In this document: positions 1 to 9,320 of the stretch, piece by piece | Numbering within the stretch: the first letter of the stretch is position 1 | Layout: each line of letters begins with the position of its first letter | Translations under genes and position numbers: made by a program | NCBI GenBank assembly: GCA_963771465.1 | Contig: CAVYTU010000014.1 | Location: forward strand, 448,001-512,000 | Source of the DNA: an uncultured delta proteobacterium | Lineage (GTDB): Bacteria; Desulfobacterota; Binatia; UBA9968 | DNA: 64,000 nucleotides | Direction of reading: 5' to 3' | Notes under the pieces: generated by a model | Told to the model about the DNA's origin: nothing | What the model saw: only the letters and a program-made list of their open reading frames with translations | Database searches by the model: none

Positions 1-294
1 GCCGTCGTCAGCTCGCGCGCGACCAATCGTACCGCGACATTCGTCTTTTACATCGGCGAGCGCTACTACGGCGTGATTACCGCCTACGTCCAGGGCCGGG
101 AGGCGGGCAACTATCACTTCACCAGCGGACTGCCCGTAACAATCTTGAAACTGCTCGCCCCGGCGATCGTCGCCCGGCTGGAAAATAAACCGCTGGTGCA
201 GCCGGCGACAGCGCCAGCCCAGGTAATGCCAGCCGACGTGCGGGCGCAAACCATCGTATTCGCCTTCAAGTCACCTCGTTCCCACGCTCAGTAA
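1..294 (+). CDS. C-terminal fragment of a transglycosylase/penicillin-binding-type protein (partial)
   Basis: Frame open from base 1: AVVSSRATNRTATFVFYIGERYYGVITAYV...FTSGLPV, a C-terminal motif I recall from large transglycosylase-domain proteins. Confidence 0.55.
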   Translation, partial: AVVSSRATNRTATFVFYIGERYYGVITAYVQGREAGNYHFTSGLPVTILKLLAPAIVARLENKPLVQPATAPAQVMPADVRAQTIVFAFKSPRSHAQ

Positions 295-389
295 GCAGTG
301 ATTCGCCGTCGCACGACAACAATCAGCGCTGATCTTTTTTGAAATGTGAAATCTGTAATTTGAAATTCGTGATGCCGTGCCGCGCAGCA

Positions 390-1076
390 TCACGTGCCGC
401 GCCGATGACCGAACAGCTGAATATGCAAACGCGGCGTATAGCTGAAGCCGTGCTGCTTGCACAGCTCGACGATCCACTGCGCTTTTCGATTTAACTCCCG
501 GTTCGCCGTCCCCTGCGCCATGATCATGACGCGCGCCGGATCGATATTGCGCAATTGATTTAAAATCTCGCCAATCTCAGCGAAATCTTCCCGCGCTTCG
601 ACAACGAATTTGAGCTGATAATCATAGGCGTCGAGATAATTTTGAATGACGGCCAAATTCAGCCGGCGCCGCTCATGCATGGCGGCAAATTTTCCCCGCG
701 CCCTTTTCCACGGCGTCGAGTTTGCCAACTTCGGACTCATGGAAATGAGATCGGCAGTCAACGGCTGGTAAATCGTCGCCGCGGTTTCGATGGTGATATG
801 CGCACCGCTTTGCTTGACCTGCCGCGTCAGCTCGCCCATTTCCGCCGCCAACAGCGGCTCGCCGCCGGTGATGACCACATGGCGAGCGGGATAGTTGTCA
901 ATTTCGCGGAGAATTTTTGGCAGACTCCAAGGCTTTCCTTGCGGCTGCCACGACGTGTAGGGCGTGTCGCACCAAACACAACGCAGATTGCAGCCGGAGG
1001 TGCGAATGAAAACCGACGGCACGCCGAGCAGCCGGCCTTCCCCCTGAATGGAATAAAAAATTTCACTGATGTGCAC
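390..1076 (-). CDS. queE: 7-carboxy-7-deazaguanine synthase (radical SAM)
   Basis: EIFYSIQGEG start, CNLRCVWCDT CxxxCxxC motif, ITGGEP, C-terminal PRLH. Confidence 0.93.
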   Translation of the reverse strand: MHISEIFYSIQGEGRLLGVPSVFIRTSGCNLRCVWCDTPYTSWQPQGKPWSLPKILREIDNYPARHVVITGGEPLLAAEMGELTRQVKQSGAHITIETAATIYQPLTADLISMSPKLANSTPWKRARGKFAAMHERRRLNLAVIQNYLDAYDYQLKFVVEAREDFAEIGEILNQLRNIDPARVMIMAQGTANRELNRKAQWIVELCKQHGFSYTPRLHIQLFGHRRGT

Positions 1077-1199
1077 GGCGCCACAGTAACAGAGGGAAAG
1101 CGGAGGCGAAAGTGATTGATATCAACCTTGATTCACCTATGCCGTGTGGTAGACGTGATAGGTTAGCGCGAGCGGAAATATCGCCGCACCGTACACGGC

Positions 1200-1460
1200 A
1201 TGGCAAAATACATGGCTTCGATGGCGGATCAAGAAGCATTGTTGGCGGAAGAAAAAAAACTGCGCCGCTTGGGCCGGGCGATGGATGTGGCCGTGACGCT
1301 GCTCTGGAAGGTCAATCTCACGCTCGAAGAAGCGCAGGATGTCATCCATCACGCCAAGCGCACGGCGCTGCAACTCTTCCCCGACAAAGAAGACACCTTC
1401 GATCTGATTTACGGCCCGCGCTTTCGCCGCGTCCTCGTCGAAAAATATCGATTGCCATAG
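1200..1460 (+). CDS. Small hypothetical protein
   Basis: 86-aa helical ORF (LFPDKEDTFDLIYGPRFRR) ending 9 bp before uvrA; start could be a later Met. Confidence 0.7.
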   Translation: MAKYMASMADQEALLAEEKKLRRLGRAMDVAVTLLWKVNLTLEEAQDVIHHAKRTALQLFPDKEDTFDLIYGPRFRRVLVEKYRLP

Positions 1461-1469
1461 AGCTCGCTC

Positions 1470-4400
1470 ATGAACGGAAAAGCGATTCACATCCGCGGCG
1501 CCAAGCAGAACAATCTCAAGAATCTCGACATCGAGATTCCGCTCAACCAACTGACCGTCGTCACCGGTGTCAGTGGCTCGGGTAAATCGACGTTAGCCTT
1601 CGACATTCTCTATGCTGAAGGTCAGCGCCGCTACGTCGAAAGCTTTTCCGCCTACGCTCGGCAATTTCTCGATAGGATGGACAAGCCCGACGTCGAGAGC
1701 ATCGAAGGCATCCCGCCGACCATCGCCATCGACCAGAGCCGGCCGGTGCGCACCTCGCGCTCCACCGTCGGCACCATGACCGAGCTGCACGACCATTTCA
1801 AATTGCTGTTCGCCAAGATCGCCGTGCTCTATTGCCGCGGCTGTGAGCGCGTGGTCGAACGCGACACGGCGCAGTCGGTGTTTAATAAGCTGACGGCAAT
1901 GGCCGACGGCACGGCGATGGTTTTAGCGTTTCCGTTGCCACCCTCATCAGTGGCGTGGGACGAAGTGCGCAACGGTCTGCGTCAAGCCGGTTTTCACCGG
2001 CTTTTGATCGATAAAAGCCTTCGCGAGCTTGACGAAGTCACCCACGCGCCGGCAAAAAAGGAAACCTTGCAAGTCGTCGTCGATCGTTTCGCTTTTCGGC
2101 CGCAGAACAAAAAACGCATCACTGACTCATTAGAACAGGCGTTTCACTACGGCAAAGGACGCTTGAATTTGTTTTTGCCTGAGCAAGAGTGGCGCCGCGA
2201 GCCGTTCAGCAATCATCTGCATTGCCCGCACTGCGATATTTCTTACCGCGATCCGGTGCCCAATCTGTTTTCCTTTAACAGCCCACTCGGCGCCTGCGAA
2301 ACCTGCCGCGGTTTCGGCCGGATCATCGACATCGATCTCGATTTAGTCATTCCCGATCCCGGCAAATGGCTCAGCGACGGCGCGATCCGGCCGTGGATCA
2401 ACCGCAAGCGCAGGGTCAAACGCCTACTCGACTACTGCGAGAGCAAAAAAATCCCCAGCAAAAAACCCTGGGGCGAGTTGAGCGACGCACAAAGATTACT
2501 GATCATCGACGGCGACGGCGAGTATCGCGGCATCCGCGGCTGGTTCCGCCGCCTCGAGCGGCGCAGCTACCGCATGCACGTGCGCGTGCTACTGGCGCGC
2601 TACCGGGCGTATTTAATGTGTCCGGAATGCCAAGGCAGCCGGCTCAAAGCCGACGCATTGAATTATCGCATCGACGGCAAAGATATCGCGCAAGTAAACG
2701 CGCTGAGCGTCGGCGCCGCCCATGAATTTTTTCAGAAACTGAAACCCGCCGGCGCCCTCGACCAAGTGGCGAGCTTGATCCTCGCCGAGATTCGCCGGCG
2801 CCTCGGCTATCTCGTCGGCGTCGGTTTGGAATATCTCACACTGGACCGCCAATCGCGCACGCTTTCCGGCGGCGAGCTGGAGCGCGTCGACCTGACCACC
2901 GCCATCGGCTCGTCTCTGGTGAATACTCTTTACGTCCTCGACGAACCGTCCATCGGCTTACATCCGCGTGACAGCCGGCGTCTGGTGGAAATTCTCCATC
3001 GCCTACGCGCCAATCAGAATACTGTGGTTGTCGTCGAGCATGATCCGGAGATCATCAAGGAGTGCGATCACATCATAGATCTTGGGCCGAAAGCCGGCGA
3101 GCAAGGCGGCGAGATCATGTTCGCCGGCTCGTATAAAGAGCTGTTGAAAGACGAGAACTCGCTCACCGCGGCGTACTTGAGCCAGCGCAAGACCATTCCG
3201 TTTCCGCCTCGCAATCGCAAACCGCTGCTGCAACGCTCGCTCAAAATCACCGGCGCCCGCGCCAATAATTTAAAAAACATCGACATCGAAATTCCCCTCG
3301 GCGTGCTGGTCTGCATCACCGGCGTATCGGGCTCGGGCAAATCGAGCCTGGTGGACGAGGTGCTGTCGCGCAATTTGAAAAAACTCAAGGAAGCGCCCAC
3401 GGCCAACATCACCGACTGTGAGAAGATCGAAGGGGTCGACAAGATCTCCGAAGTGGTGCTGGTCGATCAATCGCCGGTGGGTACCACGCCGCGGTCCAAC
3501 CCGGCGACCTACATGAAAGCGTTCGACGGCATTCGCCGGCTGTTCGCCAGTGCCGATTTGTCGCGCCTGCGCGGTTATACGCCGTCGACTTTTTCTTTCA
3601 ACGTCGAAGGCGGCCGCTGTGAAACTTGCCGCGGCGAGGGTTTTGAAAAAGTCGAGATGCAGTTTCTCTCCGACGTTTATACCTCCTGCCCGGAGTGCCA
3701 CGGCAGCCGCTACCGCGAAGAAGTTCTCGAAGTGGCCTATCGCGGCAAAAGTATCCGCCAGGTGCTCGATCTCACCATCGCCGACGCACTGGAGTTTTTC
3801 AAAGACACGGCGGAGGTCAAAAATGCGCTTTATCCGCTGCGCGCCGTCGGCTTGGAATATGTCCGCCTGGGTCAACCGCTGACGACGCTTTCCGGCGGCG
3901 AATCGCAGCGCTTGAAACTCGCCGCTCATATGGCGCGGGCGAAAAAGGCGGGAACGCTGTTTATTTTCGATGAGCCGACCACTGGCCTCCACTTCCACGA
4001 CATCGAGCGCTTGCTTTGGGCGTTTAACGAACTGATCGATCAAGGCCACTCCATCGTCGTCATCGAGCATAATTTGGAAGTCGTCAAATGCGCCGATCAC
4101 GTCATCGATCTCGGCCCGGAAGGCGGCGACAAAGGCGGGGAGATCGTGGCAACGGGAACGCCGGCTGAAATCGCCGCGGTTGAGCGCTCGTACACCGGCG
4201 TTTATCTGCGGCCCTATTTGAACCGAAACGTTTCGCCCTTCGCGCCGGTTTTGGAAAAACCCGCGGCGCTACCATCGGTCAATGACGGCATCGACGATCA
4301 TTCCATCACCATCGTCGGCGCCAAGGAGCACAATCTCAAAAATATCAGCGTCAACATTCCGCGGGACCGTTTCATTGTTTTCACCGGCTTGAGCGGTTCG

Positions 4401-7148
4401 GGCAAGTCATCCCTGGCCTTCGACATCGTCTATGCCGAAGGCCAGCGCCGCTACATCGACAGTCTGTCCGCTTACGCGCGCCAGTTCCTCGAAGTGATGG
4501 CGCGCCCCAACGTCGACTATGTCGCGGGCATCCCGCCGACGGTCGCCATCGAGCAGCGCTTGAGCCAAGGCGGTAAAAAATCCACCGTCGCCACGGTGAC
4601 GGAAATCTATCATTACCTGCGCCTGCTCTACGCGAAGATCGGCAAGCAACATTGCGTCAACTGCGGCCGGCCGATTCACGCGCTCACGCGCAGCCAGATT
4701 CTCGACCGCATCGGCCGCGCCTATCGCGGCAAAGACGTGATGGTGTTGAGCCCGCTGGTGCGCGGCCGCAAAGGCTTTCATAAAGAAGTCATCGCCGGCG
4801 CGCGCCGTTTGGGCTACCGCCGCGCCCGCATCGACGGAAAATTGGTGGACTTGCGCGCGCCGGAATTAACCAACGGCTTGGAGCGCTTCAAAGAGCACAA
4901 CATCGATATCGTCATTGGCAAAACCAAGGCCGGCGGGCGCGAAGTCGAAGCGATGATCGATCAAGGTCTGCGCTTGGGCAACGGCGTCATTCACTTGATC
5001 TCCGAGCGCGGCGAGCAGATTTTCAACCAGCGGCTTTTTTGCCTTGGTTGCGGCATCGGCTACGAGCCCCTCGACCCACGGCTGTTTTCATTCAATAGCC
5101 AGCAGGGCGCGTGCAGGGAATGTGCCGGCATGGGTTTTACATTCGATTTCGATCCCAATTTGATTTTTGCCGACCCGCGCCGCCCGCTCAAAGACGCCCT
5201 CAGCGGCATCACCGCCGGCTCTTCGGTCAACGGCTCCGAGATCGAGCGCGCCATGCAGCGGTTGTTAGAAAAGTTAGAAGATGACCACGACGTGGATATC
5301 GCGAAACCCTTTGCGAAACTGCCGAATAAAACCCAAGAAGAGATACTCAACGGCGGCAAAGGCCGCGGCGCTTTCGTCGGCCTAGTGCCCTATTTGAAAG
5401 AACTCTCGGCTGCACGCGATGAAAATGACGCCAATGAACTCGACGATCTCATGACGGAAATACCCTGCGCCGCTTGCCACGGCCGCCGCCTCAATCAGCG
5501 CGCCCAAGCGGTCAAGGTCGAAGGCAAAGCGATCTGGGAGATCACCGAGCTCGCCGTTGACGACGCCCGCAAATATTTTACTAAGCTCGATCTCTCACAT
5601 GGCGACAACGGCAACGCCGCGCGCGATCAAGCGGTGGCGGATAAAATTCTGCGGGAAATTCAGCAGCGTTTGAATTTTCTCTCCGAGGTCGGCTTGCCGT
5701 ATCTAACCCTCGACCGGCGCGCCGATACGCTCTCCGGCGGCGAGGCCCAGCGCATTCGTCTGGCGGCACAGTTGGGCTCCAACCTGCGCGGCGTTTGTTA
5801 CATCCTCGACGAACCGACCATCGGCCTGCACCCGCGCGACAACGCCATGCTGCTGAAAACCTTGCGCCGGCTCGAACAATTGGGCAACAGCGTGCTTGTG
5901 GTCGAGCATGACGAAGCGACGATTCAGTCGGCCGATCTGATCATTGACTTGGGACCCGGCGCCGGCGTCCACGGCGGCAACGTGGTTTCCATCGGCACGC
6001 CGGCGGAAATTCGAAACAATCCCGATTCGCCGACCGGCGCCTATCTGCGCTCGGAGCGGAAACGTCTTGGACCCAAGCGCGAGCTCACCAAATCCAAGTG
6101 GCTCACCATCCACGGCGCCAAAGCGCATAATTTAAAGAACCTCGACGTCAAAATTCCCCTTGGCATGTGGAGCTGCATCACCGGCATCTCCGGCTCGGGC
6201 AAGAGCACGCTGGTCAGAGAAGTGCTTTACAAAGGCATCAAGCTGCTGCTCGGCCAATTCGCCGGCCGGCCCGGACAACACAAGGAAATCGCCGGCTGGA
6301 AGGCGATCGAACGGATCGTCGAGGTCGACCAAACGCCCATCGGCAAGACGCCGCGCTCGGTGCCGGCGTCCTACATCGGCGTGTTGGATGAAATTCGCAA
6401 GCTCTATGCGTTGGCGCCCGAAGCGCGCTTGCGCGGTTACACCGCCAGCCGTTTTTCATTTAATGTCAAAGGCGGCCGCTGCGAGGAGTGCGCCGGCCAA
6501 GGCAAGATTCGTAAAGAGATGAGTTTTCTCCCCGACGTATTCATCGACTGCGAAGCCTGCAACGGCCAGCGTTTCAACGACGAAACGCTGAGCATTCGCT
6601 ACAACGAAAAAAATATCTTCGACGTGTTTTGTCTGACCGTGGAAGAAGCCGTGCCGTTCTTCCACGCTTTTCCGAAAATCTACCGACCGCTCAAGATACT
6701 CGATGACATCGGCATGGGCTACATCAATCTCGGCCAAGCGAGCAACACCCTCTCCGGCGGCGAAGCCCAGCGCATCAAGCTCGCTTACGAGCTCGGCAAG
6801 GAATCCCGCGGCACGACGCTCTACGTGCTCGACGAGCCGACCACGGGGCTGCATTTCCTCGACGTGGAAAAGTTGATTCACATCCTCCATCGCCTGGTCG
6901 ACATGGGCAACACGGTGGTGACCATCGAGCATAACCTGGACATCGTCAAAGACGCCGACTACATCGTCGATCTCGGCCCCGAAGGCGGCGAGCAAGGCGG
7001 TCAGTTAGTCGCCTGCGGTACGCCGATGGACGTGATCAAAGACGGCAGGAAGTCTTATACGGCGCGTTTTCTGCGCGAGTATTTGACCGGTGGCGCCAAC
7101 GCACCAGCGCCGGCGCGTAAACCGTCGCGCCATAGAGTGACCGCGTAA
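1470..7148 (+). CDS. uvrA: Excinuclease ABC subunit A, tandem double-length form
   Basis: Four Walker A motifs (GVSGSGKS twice, GLSGSGKS, GISGSGKS), four LSGGE and DEP motifs, two YAEGQRRY..SAYARQFL motifs, Zn fingers. Confidence 0.95.
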   Translation: MNGKAIHIRGAKQNNLKNLDIEIPLNQLTVVTGVSGSGKSTLAFDILYAEGQRRYVESFSAYARQFLDRMDKPDVESIEGIPPTIAIDQSRPVRTSRSTVGTMTELHDHFKLLFAKIAVLYCRGCERVVERDTAQSVFNKLTAMADGTAMVLAFPLPPSSVAWDEVRNGLRQAGFHRLLIDKSLRELDEVTHAPAKKETLQVVVDRFAFRPQNKKRITDSLEQAFHYGKGRLNLFLPEQEWRREPFSNHLHCPHCDISYRDPVPNLFSFNSPLGACETCRGFGRIIDIDLDLVIPDPGKWLSDGAIRPWINRKRRVKRLLDYCESKKIPSKKPWGELSDAQRLLIIDGDGEYRGIRGWFRRLERRSYRMHVRVLLARYRAYLMCPECQGSRLKADALNYRIDGKDIAQVNALSVGAAHEFFQKLKPAGALDQVASLILAEIRRRLGYLVGVGLEYLTLDRQSRTLSGGELERVDLTTAIGSSLVNTLYVLDEPSIGLHPRDSRRLVEILHRLRANQNTVVVVEHDPEIIKECDHIIDLGPKAGEQGGEIMFAGSYKELLKDENSLTAAYLSQRKTIPFPPRNRKPLLQRSLKITGARANNLKNIDIEIPLGVLVCITGVSGSGKSSLVDEVLSRNLKKLKEAPTANITDCEKIEGVDKISEVVLVDQSPVGTTPRSNPATYMKAFDGIRRLFASADLSRLRGYTPSTFSFNVEGGRCETCRGEGFEKVEMQFLSDVYTSCPECHGSRYREEVLEVAYRGKSIRQVLDLTIADALEFFKDTAEVKNALYPLRAVGLEYVRLGQPLTTLSGGESQRLKLAAHMARAKKAGTLFIFDEPTTGLHFHDIERLLWAFNELIDQGHSIVVIEHNLEVVKCADHVIDLGPEGGDKGGEIVATGTPAEIAAVERSYTGVYLRPYLNRNVSPFAPVLEKPAALPSVNDGIDDHSITIVGAKEHNLKNISVNIPRDRFIVFTGLSGSGKSSLAFDIVYAEGQRRYIDSLSAYARQFLEVMARPNVDYVAGIPPTVAIEQRLSQGGKKSTVATVTEIYHYLRLLYAKIGKQHCVNCGRPIHALTRSQILDRIGRAYRGKDVMVLSPLVRGRKGFHKEVIAGARRLGYRRARIDGKLVDLRAPELTNGLERFKEHNIDIVIGKTKAGGREVEAMIDQGLRLGNGVIHLISERGEQIFNQRLFCLGCGIGYEPLDPRLFSFNSQQGACRECAGMGFTFDFDPNLIFADPRRPLKDALSGITAGSSVNGSEIERAMQRLLEKLEDDHDVDIAKPFAKLPNKTQEEILNGGKGRGAFVGLVPYLKELSAARDENDANELDDLMTEIPCAACHGRRLNQRAQAVKVEGKAIWEITELAVDDARKYFTKLDLSHGDNGNAARDQAVADKILREIQQRLNFLSEVGLPYLTLDRRADTLSGGEAQRIRLAAQLGSNLRGVCYILDEPTIGLHPRDNAMLLKTLRRLEQLGNSVLVVEHDEATIQSADLIIDLGPGAGVHGGNVVSIGTPAEIRNNPDSPTGAYLRSERKRLGPKRELTKSKWLTIHGAKAHNLKNLDVKIPLGMWSCITGISGSGKSTLVREVLYKGIKLLLGQFAGRPGQHKEIAGWKAIERIVEVDQTPIGKTPRSVPASYIGVLDEIRKLYALAPEARLRGYTASRFSFNVKGGRCEECAGQGKIRKEMSFLPDVFIDCEACNGQRFNDETLSIRYNEKNIFDVFCLTVEEAVPFFHAFPKIYRPLKILDDIGMGYINLGQASNTLSGGEAQRIKLAYELGKESRGTTLYVLDEPTTGLHFLDVEKLIHILHRLVDMGNTVVTIEHNLDIVKDADYIVDLGPEGGEQGGQLVACGTPMDVIKDGRKSYTARFLREYLTGGANAPAPARKPSRHRVTA

Positions 7149-7149
7149 C

Positions 7150-7542
7150 GTGGCGGCGAGAATCTTTCGCATGCTCGGCCATGGCCTGCAGCTGCGCTGC
7201 CCGCGCTGCGGCCAGGCATCGCTCTACGGCAAACCGTTCAAGATGAATGAGCATTGTGACAATTGCGCGCTAAAGTTCGAACGAGAACAAGGCTACTTCG
7301 TCGGCGCCATCTACATCAACTACGCCGCCACCATCGCCATCGCCGTCCCCGGCTTCTTTCTCCTCGACGCCTTCACCGACATCTCCATCAATCAGCAGCT
7401 CGCTATCTGGGTGCCCTTCGCCGTGATCTTTCCGCTAATCTTTTTCCATCACTCGAGAAGCTTGTGGCTGGTGCTCGATCATTTCTTCAACCCGCCGGAA
7501 AATCTCTACAGCGTCCCGCCGAAAAACTCCCCTCGCTCCTAA
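7150..7542 (+). CDS. DUF983-family membrane protein
   Basis: RCPRCG...C..C followed by two TM helices. Confidence 0.75.
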   Translation: MAARIFRMLGHGLQLRCPRCGQASLYGKPFKMNEHCDNCALKFEREQGYFVGAIYINYAATIAIAVPGFFLLDAFTDISINQQLAIWVPFAVIFPLIFFHHSRSLWLVLDHFFNPPENLYSVPPKNSPRS

Positions 7543-7546
7543 CCGC

Positions 7547-7876
7547 TCATGCACTAATCCGCCGCTGACACTCAATCGCTTTCATCGCCCACTGACTTAA
7601 CTCATCCGCGTCCTCGATAACATCTGCCGGCACTTGATAATAACTCTTGAGCGTTTGCTTGGCGTTGGGGCGAAACGCTTTCATTTTCCGCTTGCGGTAC
7701 TCGCCAATCGTAGATTCATCGATCTTGAAAAATAGCTTGCCCTTATGAACGATGCCGAAGAAAGTTTCGTTTTGGTAGAGACCGAATCCACCGAACATGC
7801 GACGCCCTTCGACGTCGTCCATTCTCACGAGCTGATCCAGGACAAAATCTTTGAACGATTCGTCTTTAGCGTTCAT
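7547..7876 (-). CDS. TfoX/Sxy N-terminal domain protein
   Basis: Start MNAKDESF; RRMFGGFGLY and SYYQVPADVIED motifs. Confidence 0.85.
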   Translation of the reverse strand: MNAKDESFKDFVLDQLVRMDDVEGRRMFGGFGLYQNETFFGIVHKGKLFFKIDESTIGEYRKRKMKAFRPNAKQTLKSYYQVPADVIEDADELSQWAMKAIECQRRISA

Positions 7877-7896
7877 CGCTCCGCGCTTTCTCCTTC

Positions 7897-7945
7897 CTAA
7901 ACGTTTTGAACGATTGGAACGGCTTGAACGTTTTGAACAAACGGT
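7897..7945. repeat. Intergenic 9-bp degenerate tandem repeat (TTGAACG core)
   Basis: aaacgtttt gaacgattg gaacggctt gaacgtttt gaac. Confidence 0.7.
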
Positions 7946-7946
7946 T

Positions 7947-8807
7947 TTATCCGAGTGCCAACGCCACCACGCCCAGCACCATCGCGCCGGCCGCGCCCAA
8001 GCGGCGCGGCGCATCGCCCTCGGCGAGCAGCCGCGCGCCCATCGCCGTGCCGATGAGAATGCTGATCTCGCGCGCCGGGGCGACGTAGCTCACCGGAGTA
8101 AATTGCATCGCCGTGAGCACGAGAATGTAGGAAAGCGGAATTAGAATGGCGATGCTAATCGCTTCCCACTTATGCTCGCACCATTCGTTGACCGCATCGT
8201 CCGAGAATTTTAGCGCATAGGGCGTGAGCAAGAGCGACCGGCCGACGTTAGCGCCCCAGTCCAACACCATGGGCGCGATGGCAAAGCGGCTCACCGCCTG
8301 TTTATCCCACAAGGTGTAGGCGGCGATGCAAAGTCCGGTGATCAACGCATAACCGACCGCTGAGCGATTATCGTCCTGACTTAATTTCGCGAGATTGCCG
8401 GTCAGCACAAAAACTCCGCCAATGATCAGCAGCACACCCGCCATGGCGAGCAGTGACGGCCGCTCGCCGAGAACAATAATTGCCGCGATGGTCGCAAGCA
8501 GCGGCCCAGTGCCGCGTGCCAGGGGATAAACCAGCGACAGATCTCCGGCGCGATAACCTTGATTGAGCAGGACGAAATACGCCGTATGGAGCGCCGCGCT
8601 GCCGACTATCATGCCAACTTCGACGAAACCGATTTTCAATCGCCAGATTTCAATGATGGTAATCGTCGCCGGCGCGTAGAATACCGCCGAAAGCACCGCC
8701 ACTAGCCAGGTAAACGTCGGGTGACCGCTCGCTTGCTTGTTGAGCAAGTTCCAGGTGGCATGAATCACTGCCGCCGCAAGGACAAGGATCAATGCTCCGC
8801 TCGTCAT
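7947..8807 (-). CDS. EamA/DMT-family transporter
   Basis: About 10 TM helices, HATWNLL, GDLSLVYPLARG, APAREISI. Confidence 0.9.
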   Translation of the reverse strand: MTSGALILVLAAAVIHATWNLLNKQASGHPTFTWLVAVLSAVFYAPATITIIEIWRLKIGFVEVGMIVGSAALHTAYFVLLNQGYRAGDLSLVYPLARGTGPLLATIAAIIVLGERPSLLAMAGVLLIIGGVFVLTGNLAKLSQDDNRSAVGYALITGLCIAAYTLWDKQAVSRFAIAPMVLDWGANVGRSLLLTPYALKFSDDAVNEWCEHKWEAISIAILIPLSYILVLTAMQFTPVSYVAPAREISILIGTAMGARLLAEGDAPRRLGAAGAMVLGVVALALG

Positions 8808-8828
8808 GGCAAAACCGCGCCCACCGTT

Positions 8829-9320
8829 TTAATCTTCCACCATGACGATCCGATCGCCGACCCGAATGATTCCGCCGACAAGAATTTCCGCGCGCAAACC
8901 GCCGCGGTGAATCAGACTGCGCATCGTGCCAGGCTGAGTGAGTTTATCCAAGTGTAGGCAGGGTTCGCACAGTCGCGTGCCGCGCAGGGTGACTGCACCA
9001 ACGCGGAACTCGCGCTCGACAAAATCATTGAGTGGGACACCGCGGGTGACGATATTGCGCCGTGCTGAGCCGGCTCCGAGCGCGATCGGGTATTCGCGCC
9101 GGAGCGCTTCGATGGCTTCGATTTCGATCAATGTCACGTGGCGGCCGTCGCCCGGATGGTTCGAATAGGTTCCGCAAAGATTGTAGTAGCGGTCGTTTTC
9201 GAGGCCGCGGCCGGCGATGGCATTGACGCTACCGAGCGATTGCATCGGCGCCGCGCCATTCGGCGCAATATGCAGCGACACGACCACACTTGGCGAAACC
9301 GTTGCAGTCATGCCGATCAA
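8829..9320 (-). CDS. MOSC domain protein
   Basis: GLENDRY, RRNIVTRG, LCEPC, HRGGLRAEIL motifs. Confidence 0.88.
   Translation of the reverse strand: MIGMTATVSPSVVVSLHIAPNGAAPMQSLGSVNAIAGRGLENDRYYNLCGTYSNHPGDGRHVTLIEIEAIEALRREYPIALGAGSARRNIVTRGVPLNDFVEREFRVGAVTLRGTRLCEPCLHLDKLTQPGTMRSLIHRGGLRAEILVGGIIRVGDRIVMVED

Noticed and set aside
390-1076. 7-deazaguanine DNA-modification (dpd) defence island
   Set aside because: queE stands alone here with no dpdA/tgtA5, queC/queD or mobile context; consistent with ordinary queuosine synthesis
7897-7945. CRISPR array
   Set aside because: Units are 9 bp with no spacers, and there are no cas genes in the window
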